Assembly (NCBI RefSeq): GCF_018350175.1
Contig: NC_058368.1
Span: 166,038,001 to 166,102,000 of the forward strand
Direction: 5' to 3'
Length of the DNA: 64,000 nt
Source of the DNA: Felis catus
Lineage: Eukaryota
Below the pieces are notes generated by a model. That model saw only the letters and a list, made by a program, of their open reading frames with translations. It was not told the origin of the DNA and made no database searches. The stretch's first letter is position 1, and the number at the start of each line of letters is the position of its first letter. This document shows, piece by piece, positions 38,624-52,655 of the stretch. Made by a program: the position numbers and the translations under genes.

Positions 38624-40384
38624 GAAAATGACCACACATTTCCTTTTTTAGCTTAAGTCCCTGAGAACTGATCCTCACTACTCTTATAGGAATCTCTAGT
38701 ATGGCCCTTATTTTTACTTATAGGTATATATGTGTGGACTATGGCACACTGTGTAAAGGGTGGCTTTTATGTTCAGGAAGTAGTGTGAGACTTATTCTGT
38801 ATAATAAAAAGTCATTTCTCTATTTCCCCTATATTCACTGGAATATGTTATTTGGAGTGTAGAATAATATCAGAAGAGGCAAGGATTCTTCTGACATGAA
38901 AAAATATTGATACTCCTACTTTTTTTAAATGTGAATTAAAACTATTTGAAATGTCTGATGTCTGAGGTGACACTGAGTGAGGATACTTCAAAGAAGAGAA
39001 TCCCAAAGGCCTAAGCAAAAAGTTTTAATAAGAGTGACATGAGCTTACCTGCTGGGCAGATGTCTGTCCAGCATTCAAGGCCCCTCACTCAGCACCAAAG
39101 ACATAATTTGGGTAACAATGATGTGCGCATGTGGATGCAAACTGAAAGAGCTTTTTAGGAACACTTACTGTAACAGGAACACTGGGGAAAAGACAGTCTT
39201 TCTCTGATCCCAGTAGCTTGAAATGTTACTTAAGAATTTTTAAGGATAATGGTTTTCTGTTGGTGGATAAGATCTCACTGAGTGTGACTCTTCCTTCATT
39301 AGAAAGGGTCTGTAAAAATGCTTCCTGCATTTACCAGTACCTTCCTTGGAGAGCTGAATCCTAGCAGAAAAATCAAGTGATACTGACAGCAGCATTGGCA
39401 AAGGAGGAAAGAATCATTTGACAGGCTGACTAGACATTTCAATTCCCTCTCTGTGAATCAGTAGTTATTGTGACTACTTCAACAGTGTACTCACATCTGA
39501 AATTCTTAACTCTTGTGGTCAGAAGGAAACTCCACAGAGGAAAGACAAATTGAGGACACTTGGAATCATGATTAGGACAATAAAAAATTGAATCCTTGAA
39601 TTTTATTACATCATGTAAAGGAGAATGTGTTGAGTGCTTGTATGTGTGTATCTATTCAAAGCAAGTATTTTTTTCCCCCAATAATCGTTTGAACATTTTT
39701 AACTAAACTGGACTTCTATATGTACTGGTGAGATTTTACTGAAAATCATACTTTCGTGAATAAATCCAAGTATAAATTTGAACTTTTTAGACAGCTATTT
39801 AGAAAAACTATGTTGATGTATGTTGTCTCATAAGTAATACACTCTCATTTTTTGCTTATTTTTTTCAAGAACTAGTGAAAACATGCTATAGTTTTTCTGT
39901 AATTGCTTATATACATGATGTATTATGCAGTTTTTATTTAATTCTCAAACAAATATGTAATATTTCTAATGTCATCCCAATGCATACTCTCTCAGTTCTG
40001 ACACAAAACCACTTTATTCTGCCAGGTTAGACACTGATATGTGGAATAAATAAAATTTATGATTAAATATGTAGATTATAATCTGGGCATTTCTAACTAC
40101 ACATTATGAACAAGAAATGGATGTGATACTAGGAGTATATTCTAATTTTAAATTAATAATTGTGCTGATTACAGTTATTTTAGTTTTTAATATGGGGAAT
40201 AAATTTTATATAATAGTAAAAGCTTCCAAAATTAAAACATGGTTTACAAGAAAAAGTTGTACGTGTCCTATAAAACTGTTTCTTCCAGATTTGCAAGGAA
40301 ACATTAATCACTTAATAAAGAGAGAGTTTAATAAGGCCAATTACTATTATTATGCAATTATTTACCTCAATTGAGAGGTGTCTG

Positions 40385-40852
40385 TTTTTTCATTTATTGT
40401 TTTATTTTTCTTTTCAATTTTTTTTTATTTAAATGCTAGTTAGTTAAAATACAGTGCAATATTGGTTTCAGGAGTAGAATTCAGTAGAATTCAGTGATTC
40501 ATCACTTACATACAACACCCAGTGCGCATCATAACAAATGCCCTCCTTAATACCCATCACTTATCTATTCCATCTCCCATCTATTCTATCCTCCACCCCA
40601 CCTCCCCTCCATCAACCCTCAGTCTGTTCTCTATCTTTTACAACTTTCTTGTGGTGTGTTTCCCTCTTTTTTCCCCATCCCATATGCTCATCTGTTTTGT
40701 TTCTTAAATTTCACATATGTGCAAAATCCTATGGCATTTGTCTTTTTTCTGACTGATTTTGCTTAGCATAATACACTCTAGCTCCATCCACATCATTGTA
40801 AATGTCAAGATTTCATTCTTTTTGATGGCATATACATACATACATACTCAAG

Positions 40853-40883
<31 letters not shown>

Positions 40884-41176
40884 TCATACAAACACACACA
40901 TACTACATCTCTTTTACCTATTCATCAGTAGATGGACATGTGAGCTCTTTCCATAGTTCGGCTATTGTTGATAATGCTGCCATAAACATCGAGAGGCACG
41001 TACCCCTTCAAATCTGTATTTTTGTATCCTTTGGGTAACTACTTAATAGTGCAATTGCTGGACTGTAGGGTAATTCTATATTTACTTTCTTGAGGAACCT
41101 CCATACTGTTCTCCAGAGTGGATGCACCAGTTTGGATTCCTACCAATAGTGCAACAGGGTTCCCCTTTCTCCACAT
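40385..41176 (-). mobile_element. 5'-truncated carnivore L1 3' end
   Basis: ggtttcaggagtagaattcagt...tacaacacccagtgcgcatcataacaa...gaggaacctccatactgttctccagagtgg. Confidence 0.92.
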
Positions 41177-41568
41177 TACTAAAATATGAATATGGAATTT
41201 TATCTGAAAATGTAAACATCATGTATATTAATTTTGTGCTCTATATAACTAAAGAGACTGAAGAATGTTAAATAAATTCTTAATGAAATTATTTAATCAT
41301 ACAGTTAAACTAATTTGGATGTCATTCTATCATTTAAATTACAAAATTAACTCCCTATTTTAACTTGGCAACACAGTATGGTATATTTTTCATATACAGT
41401 CTTGACTCTTCTGGGAAAATGAAAAGAAAAAAAGTAAGTAACATAAATATGTCCAATTGGGTGAGTTCCAAACTGGATTTGTAATAGTGATTATTCTAAT
41501 CTAGAATTAATCTAATTCTATTTCATTCTGGGATCAGATCTGTACGCTAGCAAAAAATGGGAAATTTC

Positions 41569-41777
41569 GGGGCGCCTGGGTGGCGCAGTCGGTTAAGCGT
41601 CCGACTTCAGCCAGGTCACGATCTCGCGGTCCAGGAGTTCGAGCCCCGCGTCAGGCTCTGGGCTGATGGCTCAGAGCCTGGAGCCTGTTTCCGATTCTGT
41701 GTCTCCCTCTCTCTCTGCCCCTCCCCCGTTCATGCTCTGTCTCTCTCTGTCCCCCCAAAAAAAAATAAATGTTGAAA
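41569..41777 (+). mobile_element. Young felid CanSINE (SINEC_Fc-type)
   Basis: CpG-intact; perfect TSD AAAAAATGGGAAATTT at 41552-41567 and 41778-41793. Confidence 0.97.
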
Positions 41778-41873
41778 AAAAAATGGGAAATTTAGGCTGA
41801 ATGATATACTAAATAAGGGGGAAGCAATGATACCTTTCGGAAAGGTCACATAGTCAAATATATGATCATTCTA

Positions 41874-41876
<3 letters not shown>

Positions 41877-41944
<68 letters not shown>

Positions 41945-41945
41945 T

Positions 41946-41984
<39 letters not shown>
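41877..41984. repeat. Compound (TA)n(CA)n microsatellite
   Basis: Read directly. Confidence 0.97.
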
Positions 41985-41986
<2 letters not shown>

Positions 41987-42999
41987 GTTTACTACTAAAC
42001 TCTCGTTTACTATTGAAGATTTAGTTCACTGTGAGGTATTGAGCTTTGTTTAAACGAATGGAACTCTTATTCACTATTCCATGAAGAATTTTACCATAAG
42101 TCTAGGCAGTTAGTGATGGTACATATTTGTATTAGTGATGGCATACTTTTAAATTAATTCCTTATTTTGAATTCCAGTACCAAGGGTACGCTTTTTTTCT
42201 AAGTCGTTGGAATACAATCAGCATATTTATCAACACTGATCCTGTTAGCTTCTCTAATAATATTTTATCCTAATATTTGTTGCATTCCTCAGACAAATCT
42301 GAAGCTTTTTTAAATGGTAATTTTAATTGTATTATAAAGACTAATATCTCCCAGGTTGGTCTCACTTTTGCCAATTCAATGTATAAATAATTATGAAAAA
42401 GTTCATAACAGGTCATTCACCCTTTGAATTCTATCATTCTTCCTACAGAGATTAGCATTAATTTGTTCAAATAAGGCAACTTACTGAATTGCAAGCCAAA
42501 AGTAGTCAAAGTAACAATAAAATTAAGCATGGAGATGTGTGTATGTCTGTACACACATTCTTCCTGCCACATATTCTTAAAATGAAGACAAGAAATCAAA
42601 TATTTCCATCAAATGTACCTTTTAGGTTGAGTCAAAAATGGAGTTGTATCCTGCTCATATCCCTTCATAAACTGCGGGGGACTCAATTTTAAGCTGAATT
42701 TACATAACCATTGGTATGTTTAACATTAAAATATGAATCACTGAAACTGCAGAATTCCAGATTTATTCTAAACTCTGTACAGAATTCTAGGTTTCTAACT
42801 AGGAAAACTGGTGAGAAGCTGGATATAGAGAAGCATTGTTAGCTGCTATATTACCAAATGGAAAAACTGTGGATTTTCTAATAATTTTATAAGTTCAGAT
42901 TAAAATAGTTTTTCTGAAATATTTAGAGGATGGGCCATTACTATTAGGTCAGGTAATTTATTAGTTATTAATAATTATATTTTCAATAGTGTATCCTAA

Positions 43000-43300
43000 C
43001 TATAGAGGAGCATATATGTAAAACATAGTCTTTGACTTCAAGAGGCTTATTGTCTAAAGGGCACTCTGACATATGAAAAAATGTAATATAGAGTGACATA
43101 TGCTATGATAATAGAACATGAGAATACAGAGTATTTGAGTGAAGGTTAGAAAAGGTCGTTGGAGAAAGAAACATTTCATACGAATATTAAGTAAACACTA
43201 AGCATTATTCAGCTTTAAAAGGGTCATGAGGCATTCCAGACAAAGGAATGAGCATGTATGAAAAGAGCAATAGAACAGCTTGCTGCATTTTGGGACAATA
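43000..43300 (-). mobile_element. L2 relic
   Basis: agtctttgacttcaagaggcttattgtcta...ggcattccagacaaaggaatgagcatgtatgaaaag. Confidence 0.6.
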
Positions 43301-43345
43301 AATAAATAAACTGTCTTAATTCTGTGTGTGTTATTATATATCCAT

Positions 43346-43348
<3 letters not shown>

Positions 43349-43394
<46 letters not shown>
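43349..43394. repeat. (TG)n microsatellite
   Basis: Perfect TG run. Confidence 0.98.
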
Positions 43395-43396
<2 letters not shown>

Positions 43397-43852
43397 CAAG
43401 AGGGAGTGAGAGACAGAAGACAGACAATGTGACAAACCTAAGGTGGGTCTGAATGTCTGAAGGTAAAATCAACGATTATATCATGATAGTTTTTTGATTA
43501 TCATGCCAAGGTAAGCAACCAAAATTCACAAACCATATTAAACAGTGTCTGTCCCACAGTAGGCAGTCAGTAATAATACTTATATTAGCTACTTTTATAA
43601 TAATTGCAATGACTCTATGCTTAGTCAATATATCTACATAATGAAAGTGAGGCTCAGAGGTCAATATTTTGCTCAAAGAGGGAGCAGAATTTAAACCAAT
43701 ACAAATCCTTTTCCAAAGTTTATAATATTTCATAATGTCCAACTGTCCCTCATAATTAAATGTGCTTTTGTAATATTCTGAATGGACTTAGGAAAGATGA
43801 GACTAAAAGTAGAAACACTACCTAATACACAATGGACTGAAGACGAGACAGT

Positions 43853-44072
43853 GGGGTGCCTAGGTAGCATGGTTGGTTGGTTAAGCATCCAACTTCGGCT
43901 CAGGTCATGAGCCCACAGTTTGTGGGTTTGAGCCCCGTGTCAGGTCTTGTGCTCACAGCTCGGAGACTGGAGCCTGCTGCAGATTCTGTGTCTCCCTCTC
44001 TCTCTGCCTCTCCCCCACTCGTTCTCTGTCTCTCAAAAATAAATAAACATTTAAAAATTTTTTAACAAAAGA
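43853..44072 (+). mobile_element. CanSINE
   Basis: ggggtgcctaggtagc...ttaagcatccaacttcggctcaggtcatg...aaaaataaataaacattt. Confidence 0.92.
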
Positions 44073-44519
44073 AAGATGAGGCGAAAAGTAGAAATACCAG
44101 CTATGGGCTCTTTCAGAATTCAAGAAAGAAACAATAAAGGATCAAACTATGATAAGAATGGAGAGAACTGTATGGGGTCTAAACAAGTTTACAAAATGAG
44201 TGTGCAACGTTGGTCAGCAAGAGCATATTAGACACCTCTTGTGAACCATGTGAAAACCTACCTCCCCTTACTTTTCACCCTAGCCATTATTTCACTACTG
44301 TTGATACAATCGCCTACTAAACTTTTGAAATTCATTATTTTGGGCCACACTGTTTTCCTTTATCTGCTATAATTATGCTTCCTCATCTATGAAATGATAT
44401 AAAAACTTAAGTAAATGCTTGCAATTGGCCACTACCCCTAGCAAAAATTGATCATTGTGGTATAATTAGGTTAAAAAAGAATCTAGTGAGGCAGAACTTT
44501 TATTTTTTATTATTATAAT

Positions 44520-45432
44520 TATTACTGAATCCCACATGATGGGTGTATGTCAAAAGGACACAGCGACCAATAAAAGAGCACCCATTGGCCAAAGTGAACA
44601 ATTTGAACTAGAAAAAGTGTTGGTTTATATCACCAGGTATAAAACAAATACCTAGTAGTCTATACTGATATAAATATATAATTATACAAATAAATACAAA
44701 CATAGAGGAGAATACACAAATATTCCATGCAGAATTCCAAATATAGTACTTCACATAGATATTTTGCTCTCAATGGGGTGGGATAGAACTACCCACTCCT
44801 TGAGTGTGGACTTCACATAGTGACTTTTTCCCAAAGGTACAGTACAAAAAGGGGGAAAAAGAGTAACTTTTGATAAGAGAAATCAGACAAATATTACCTT
44901 GGCTAGTTGGTCCACATTAGCATTAAAAAAACTCAAGTTGATAATGTATGCTCTCATGATATGATAGGAATGATACTGTATTTACCTCTAGTTTTCCTCC
45001 ACAAACCAACAATCTTACTATAATCATGATAAAAACATCAGAAGAATCCCAAATGAAGGATATTCCAGGAGATATCTGACCAGTACCCTTCAAAACTGTT
45101 AAGAACATCAAAATCAACAAAAGTCTAAGAAACTGTCAACCAAGAGAGCCTAAGGACATGACAGCTAAATATAATGTGCTGTCTTTGATAAAATCTTAGA
45201 AGAGAAAAAGGAGAAGGAGAAAAGGTAAAAGCCAATGATATCTGAATAAAGTATGGACTTCAGTTAAGAATGTATCAATACTGGTTCATTAATTTTGACA
45301 AATGTACTATATTAGCATAAGATGTTAATAATAGAGAAAACTGTACGTTGGGTATATAGGGATTCTTCCTACTATCTTTGTAATTTATTTTTGTAAATCT
45401 GTAACTATTCTAAAGTAAAAAGTTTATTAAAA
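44520..45432 (+). mobile_element. Old L1 3'UTR (L1MC-type)
   Basis: atgtcaaaaggacacag...ccactccttgagtgtggacttcacatagtgact...tctgaataaagtatggacttcagttaa...attctaaagtaaaaagtttatt. Confidence 0.8.
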
Positions 45433-45439
45433 TGCTCCA

Positions 45440-46400
45440 AAGTTTTGCTATGTGAAAGACATTTCCTATGAAAATGAAAAGACACAGCTACCAAGTGGGA
45501 AAATTATTTGCAAACCATTTATCTAGCAAAGGATCTATATTCAAAAAATTTAAAGAACTCTCAAAACTAAACAGTTAGGAACACACGCAAAAGAAAAAAC
45601 AGTTTAAAAGGGGGGGGGAACTTTAACAGGACTTTATCAAATAGGATATATGCATGGCAACTAAGCAAATAAAAAGACATCTGACACCGTTAGCCATCAG
45701 GAAAATGCAAAATAAAGCCACAATGACATACCACCATATACCTATGAGAATGGCTAACCTCAAACAGCAAGAATATCAAGGAGTTGAGAGGTAGTCTCAT
45801 ACTTGGCTGGCAGAAATGTAACATGACAAGTCCACTTTGGAAAACCATTTGGCAGTTTCTTATAAAGTTAAACATGTGCGTATCATATAACTCAGCAATC
45901 ATACTCCTGGGTACTGACTGTAGGGAAAACGACAATTCCAGTAGTCATCACCAAAGCCTAAAAGCAACCCTACTGTTTTCCAATAGGTGAATGAACAAAG
46001 AGTGCTACAACCATACTACATAATACTATGCATTAGGAATAATACATAGCAATAAAATATTAGCAATAAATAATAACATTAGCAATAAAAATGAAATGAA
46101 CTATTGATACGTGCGATGAGATCAAGGAATCTCAAAGGCATTACTCTGAAAGAAGCCTGTTTCAAAAATTTATATACTGTGGATGATTCCATTTATAAGG
46201 CATTCTCAAATAGACTAAACTGTAGTTGTGAAGAAGAAATGAGTAGTTTAAAGGAGAAGGGGGTTTGCGGGTAGTGTAATTCTAAAGAAACAGCAAGGAG
46301 TTCTTTGCACAGCAAGAACTATTTAGTATCATGATTGTGATGGTGGCATGCAAAACTATATGTGTGTTAAGTTAAGAAAACTTTGTAACAAAATAAAGTC
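45440..46400 (+). mobile_element. Old L1 ORF2 end and 3'UTR (L1MC/ME-type)
   Basis: tatttgcaaacca...gccatcaggaaaatgcaaaataaagccacaatg...ccactttggaaaaccatttggcagtttcttataaagttaaacat. Confidence 0.8.
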
Positions 46401-49400
46401 CATAAAACATCCAGTGAAACAGTCACTCACTGAACATTTACAAGTGTATTACTTGTTACAAAAGGGGAAGTAGAAATTTGAGAGTACATAGCAATATTTA
46501 GCACATTGTTTAGTACATTTGGTACAAGACAGAGCTTGACTATTTAGAATACAGTTTGAGAGGTATCCTATTGTGGAATAGTGGGAATTGTGTACAATAA
46601 GAGCAATATATTATCAGGCAAATGGAAGTATAATGAGAATTAAAACCCAGTAAAGATTCAGGAAACTCAAGAGCAAACTAGTATATCGGTAATAGAAAAT
46701 AGAAGTGAGAGAGGGAGTTGATAAGGCTGGAAAGATGGGAAGCAGATCTTCAAAGACCAAGCAAAAGCATGTGAAACTATTGGTGGGTAAATTTATTTTC
46801 TTAAAGGTTAACAAACTTAGACTACAATATATCTTACTGCATGAAGACATTGCTTAAAGCAGCAATACCCACTGGGCTTAATTTATAAAGCAGTGAAGTG
46901 TTGCCAAGCTAGCTTTATACCAGTTTATATGAGAGGAAATAGATATATTTTTATTACCAACACTGTTACAGTGGCAACCATGCTCACACGTAAATATTAA
47001 TCACCAATATCACATATGCCATACATAATTGTGCTCATAAATATGAAAATATGAATACACAAAATGTACAAATAGAAGTACATGTATAATGTAAATTTTA
47101 GGAAACTGTGAAATCCTGTAGCTGTAAGGAAGTTTAATGGTCATCTCTTCCAAACTAGAATACTATTTCTCAGGATGGGCACATAAGATGATTTAAGAGG
47201 CACACAGATGGATATTTAAAACTTTAATAGCTGTCAATTTATTTTATATATAATAGAAAAAATAAGCTATCACTAGCATACAAATGCCTGGATTTCAATA
47301 ATATGATACTTATGTGGAAGCCAAGATTTTTTTAAGTAAATAAAACTACAATTGATTTTTTAAATGTTAATTAATAATAGAATTGCTCAGACAATATAAA
47401 ATGAACTGAATTCCTTCGTATGACCTATAGAAATGTGAGCATGAACTGGTTCTAATGTAATTGCTTATGCTGATGAAGACATACAATGGATGTTACCATC
47501 ATCACTACATTCATATATCTGCCTAATAAGGGAATAAATGTCATTTGGACTCAATGTAACAGTTGTCCTTCCCAGTAGAAAGAGCCAAGGATAAATAACA
47601 TCCCTACCATTGCCTTCCATCTTCATGTTGCCCGGCTCCATGGCAAGGAAGAAGAAAATAGAGCTCCAGGAGAGAGGTTACTCGGGGCAAATGTAAAAGG
47701 TACAAGGCCACACAAATAGACAAACTACTTCCTTACTCACCAACTCATAATAAAGCTACTTTTCCAAGTTCTCATTCTTTTGAGTCCATTTATTCCATGT
47801 AATTACTATTTTTATTATACGGTAAAACAACCCCCCCTTTTCCACCCACCCCCAAATACTTAAATAGCTGTATGTGTTGCCAAAGGAAAGTTCAAGCACA
47901 TACTACGGCTGTTGTTTTGGTGGTCAAAATGAACAGAAAAATAAAATACTTAAAATGGCTCATTATCCAAGATTTTTTTCTTTCTACATAAGCCATAAAT
48001 TACACTTCCAGATATCACTCAGTCACAAAAGTCAGATTTCTTAAAAGCATAACTCCTCCTATTCACACTTCTGTCAGTTTGATCATGTGAATATTTCTGG
48101 TCTCAGTTCAGAGTATGATCACCTTTTTTTTCCAGTTTATTAAAAATTGGATTTCTTGTTTTTAGTCTTCTTACTAACAAATGTGGTCAAAAAAGTGAAA
48201 AGCTAGTTTTAAACATTCACCAAGCCAATATTTCTTTGGCTACTTAGAAAAAAACTTCCTTGCTCCTTTGTGTCACCTCTTCTCTCTTGCTATTTCCTCT
48301 ATGAGATTCTGGAAGGGTCAGAAGCACAGTGGAAGCACAGCACAAAGATGCTGATCACACCCTTTGTGTCCGTATTACATGTTTCTAGACTCAGGAAAGC
48401 CAGGAAGAGACGTTGAGGGGAGGGGAAAAATTTACTTTTAAACAAAGTCATGAGTTTTCACTTTTACATTTAACGAGGCATTCTTGTAACTAAAATTTGA
48501 TTATTTTTATGACAAATATTGACCAATTAAATTAGAATGACAGAGACACCTAAATAAATATGTTTACCCTCCAGGATTCTTTTTCAAAGGGGATAGTAAA
48601 ATCTAAAATTGCAAAATAGTAAAAGTACAGACCGTACTAAATTCCTGCCATTACACATGTCCACTATTCTGAAAAGTCATTCTAATAATAAGGATTTACA
48701 TTTACTACCATGCTTACTGACTATCGAATGGATTCTACCAATGACCAATCAAATGGAACAATAAAACTCCATACTAAGTGTGTCTAGAAATCTGTTTTTA
48801 CAATCATCTGGTTTGAAAAGGAGAATCTAGACATGCATCAGGTGAACAAGAAGTCAATAATATGTCAAATATTGCAAAACAAATATTTAATTTTATATGC
48901 CAGATCAGTTCACCTTGTAATAGGCACAATTATAGATTAAGGATTCTGATTCTTTTATTATTTAAAAACTCATACCATTTGAACAATATTCATTTTTTAT
49001 TTACATGAAGATATTTACAGACTCAGCACACATTTTACAAAACCAAACCCTCCTTATTTTCTCTATATATTTGTCAAGATTTTCAGTTCCAAATGTAAAG
49101 CATGGACACTTATTTACTTTAAAAAAAAAGTGCTTCATCCACAGACTAAATCAAATTTAGGTATTTATAATATTTTATAAAACAAGAAAGCAAAAGCAAA
49201 CCATCTAATGTCTGAATAGACCATCCCCGCCCCCCTCGCCCATGGTTTACTAAATAAGCCTAATTTCTCTATACTTGGATGGGAGTATTTAGGGGCTTTG
49301 CCATTTAATACTGTTGTAGCCTCAGAAAAGTTATATGCCCTCTCTAAGTCTCAGTTCCCTTCATTTTAAAATGAGGGAATTTAAATATTTGAACTTTATG

Positions 49401-50539
49401 TTAACATTGAACATATCCATTAATCCCATTTCTAACTTGGAGACAACTAAACTTTCCAGTTTAAGAAATTGTGTCTATGTGTGTAATATGCAGTTTAACT
49501 TCTTACTCTTCAGTACTATGCTACTAGGAATAAGAAGTAATAAAACCATGCTACTGAGCAAAACCACAACTTGTACAAGGAGCATTAGTTAGCATGTTTG
49601 GGATGCATGTTTGGGAATCATGGTTCTTTCTCACTGCATTTTGCCTAATGACACTGCCTTTTTCAACATCAACATAGCATTAATCACAGTATGGAATACA
49701 GATTCTAGGGAAAGTCTGCTAGTCCTCTCCCGTGGATTCACATAAAGGATGTTCCTCTCATCCAAGTAATTCCGAAGGTGACAAATATTACAGATGCTGA
49801 ATTTATGGGAGCGCTTGCTCCCTGTTTATTAACTCATCCATCTTGTGAGAAATAAAAGGACCAAACAGTGAGACAAGTGGGCTTTTCTTATCCTGTCAGC
49901 TCAATGATGTTTTAAAGTAATCAATATCTATAATTACTAAATCCTGCCAAGGAAATTTAACCCTTCATTGCCTCATTGTTGCCTACCCAGTTCCTAACAT
50001 GACAGCATAGCTAAATCCAAAATTAATTAGACAGAATACACCTTCAGGCAAAACAATGATTTATTTTACCAAATCCATGTTAATGTCCCTACATCACATC
50101 CCCTTTTACTATATGGTTGAGCAGCAGGTGTTCTGAATCTGGGACCCATGGCAAAGGAGGTCCTTATATGCTTTTCAAGTGTCCAGTTTTGATATAATAA
50201 TATAATATGTTAGAGGTCTTATACTCAAGCGATCTCACAATTTCAAGGTCTGGCAGACTCTAATCTGAGGTCTAACAGACTTGAAGTATTTGGTCTAAGG
50301 ACCCTATTGGAAAGAGTGGATTAAAATCAACTTCAATTATTTAAAAAAGGAAAGGAGATCTGAACTTAAATGTTTAAACTACAACCCTCAAAATATAGCA
50401 AATTACCTCCATGTTAAGTAAAAAATGCAAATAATAAATATGTGAGAATAAATCATGAAAGAGGAAACAAGCAAATGATGACAATCACCAAACACAAAAA
50501 TTGTTTCTTCATAAGGTCTTTTAAAAATCAGTAACTCCT

Positions 50540-50730
50540 GAGGTGCCTGGGTGGCTGAGTCGATTGAACAACAGACTCTTGATTTTTGCTTAGGTCACGA
50601 TCTCACTATTTGTGAGATCACGGCCACACAGGGCTCTGTGTCTCTCTCTACCCCTCCCCCACAAACCAGAGTGTGCACTCTCTCTCTCACTCTCTCTCTC
50701 TCTCAAAATAAATGAATAAGCATTAAAAAC
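50540..50730 (+). mobile_element. CanSINE
   Basis: TSD AATCAGTAACTCCT at 50526-50539 and 50731-50744. Confidence 0.93.
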
Positions 50731-50970
50731 AATCAGTAACTCCTAAAAAACAAACAAAATATCAAACTAACAAAAATTCCTAGCAAGATTGATTAGGAAA
50801 GACAACATAATTTTCAACATTAATATCAAAAAGAGGACAAAAGTGAAGGTTCTAACAGATATTGAAAAGATGAATATGTTAACCAGCATTTTTTCCCACT
50901 AAATGAGACAACAAAGATGGACAAAGTATGGCACAGCAGACTTATCAAACTGAAATGAGAAGACATAAAT

Positions 50971-51158
50971 AGAGTGCCTGGCTGACTCAATCAGTTAAGC
51001 GTCTGACTTGGGCTCAGGTCATGATCTCAACGGTTCATGAGTTCAAGCCCCACGTAGGCCTCTGTGCTGACAGCTCAGGGTCTGCTTTGGATTCTCTATC
51101 TCCCTCTATCTCTCTGCCCTCCCCTCCCCACCTTAAAATTAAATAAATAAATAAAATA
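50971..51158 (+). mobile_element. CanSINE
   Basis: agagtgcctggctgactcaatcagttaagcg head and (TAAA)n tail; TSD-like gaagacataaat / gaagacagaaaat. Confidence 0.9.
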
Positions 51159-51469
51159 AGAAGACAGAAAATAAAAATTACCCCAAATTAAATAAATTGC
51201 GCAAATTTCAAAACTTTCCACTAAAAAAGTTTAAATAAATTTGCTAGTACATTCTGACAAGTACACACAAGGAAGAAATAACACTAATTTACAGGAACTC
51301 ATTCAGATAATATAGAATAAAGAATCTCAGTTCATGACCATAAATCAAAATCTGAAAAAGTTAATTAGAAAAAGATTATAGAACAATATCACTCATAAGC
51401 ATACATCTAGAAATGTTTGAGAAAATACCATGTAAAATGGTATTGAGAAAATACCATGTAAAAGAATCC

Positions 51470-51472
<3 letters not shown>

Positions 51473-51513
<41 letters not shown>

Positions 51514-51835
51514 CATGTAAAAGAATCCAACAATGTGTGTGTGTGTGTATATATATTATATATACACGTATATATAATATATACATATATAATATATATG
51601 TATGTGTATATATTTACAGGTATACATACATGTACATATATATACATGTATGTATGTATATATAATATATATGTATGTATATATATAATATATATGTATG
51701 TATATATATAATATATACATACATATATATTATATATGTATGTATTATATATACATATATAATATATATATATATATATATGTATGTATTATATATACAT
51801 ATATAATATATATATATATTATATATACATATATA
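51473..51835. repeat. Complex TA/TG/CA low-complexity microsatellite
   Basis: About 360 bp of TA-rich units, including repeated tatataatatatatgtatgta. Confidence 0.95.
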
Positions 51836-52466
51836 AAGAATAATATGGCATAATCAAGCAAGGTTTGTTCCCAGATTTCAAGGTTAATTTAACATTTGAA
51901 AATAAGGTAATACAATAAACTATATTTTAAAAAATGAAAGGGAAAGCCATATCATTAACTCTGACTAAAGTCAAAACACTTTTGCTAGAAAAAAGAAATC
52001 CTCTTGTTGATTTAATAATATATAAGTTAAACATAGAGTTACTATGTTTATATAGTAATTAGCATATATAGTTTATATATCCAAGTATATGACCCAGGTA
52101 TATACTCAAGAAAATTGAAAATATATGGCCATGACAAAAACAGGCACACAGTTTTTTTTCCTACCAGCATTATTCCTCGTAGCAAAATTGTGGAAATATA
52201 TGTCTATCAGCCTCTAAATGGACAAATTTTGGTATCCTGAATGAAATATTATTTGAATAACAAATGAAGTATTAATCCTTAGTATGCCTTGAAAGCATAC
52301 TAAGTCAAAGAGCCATACAGAAAACCACACATTATATAATTAATTTTATATGAAATTTCCAGATTGGGAAAAATCCAGTCATACAAAAACCCATTAGTAG
52401 TTTCCATGTGCTGTTAGTGGAGATGAGACAGGGGACTGATTAACGGTTTAAACGGTATAGGATTCT

Positions 52467-52655
52467 GGGTCAGCTGGTTAAGCATCCAATCTTGGTTTCA
52501 GGTTAGGTCATGATCTCGTAGTTCGTGACTTGGACCCCAGGGGAGGCTCTGTGCAGACAAGGCAGAGCCTGCTTGGGATTTCTCCCTCCCTCTCTCTCTC
52601 TGCCCCTTCCCAGCTTGCTCTCTCTCTCAAAAAAATAAACAAACATTTTTTTTTA
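52467..52655 (+). mobile_element. 5'-shortened CanSINE
   Basis: gggtcagctggttaagcatccaatcttgg head; TSD-like aaacggtataggattct / aaagggtaagggattct. Confidence 0.88.

Noticed and set aside
41557..41775. Recurrent [24 protein letters not shown]... (also 54586, 57915, 60067)
   Set aside because: Translation of the young CanSINE sequence, not a gene family.
49807..49822. Hairpin GGGAGC-gctt-GCTCCC
   Set aside because: A 6-bp stem is expected by chance and does not match the histone stem-loop.
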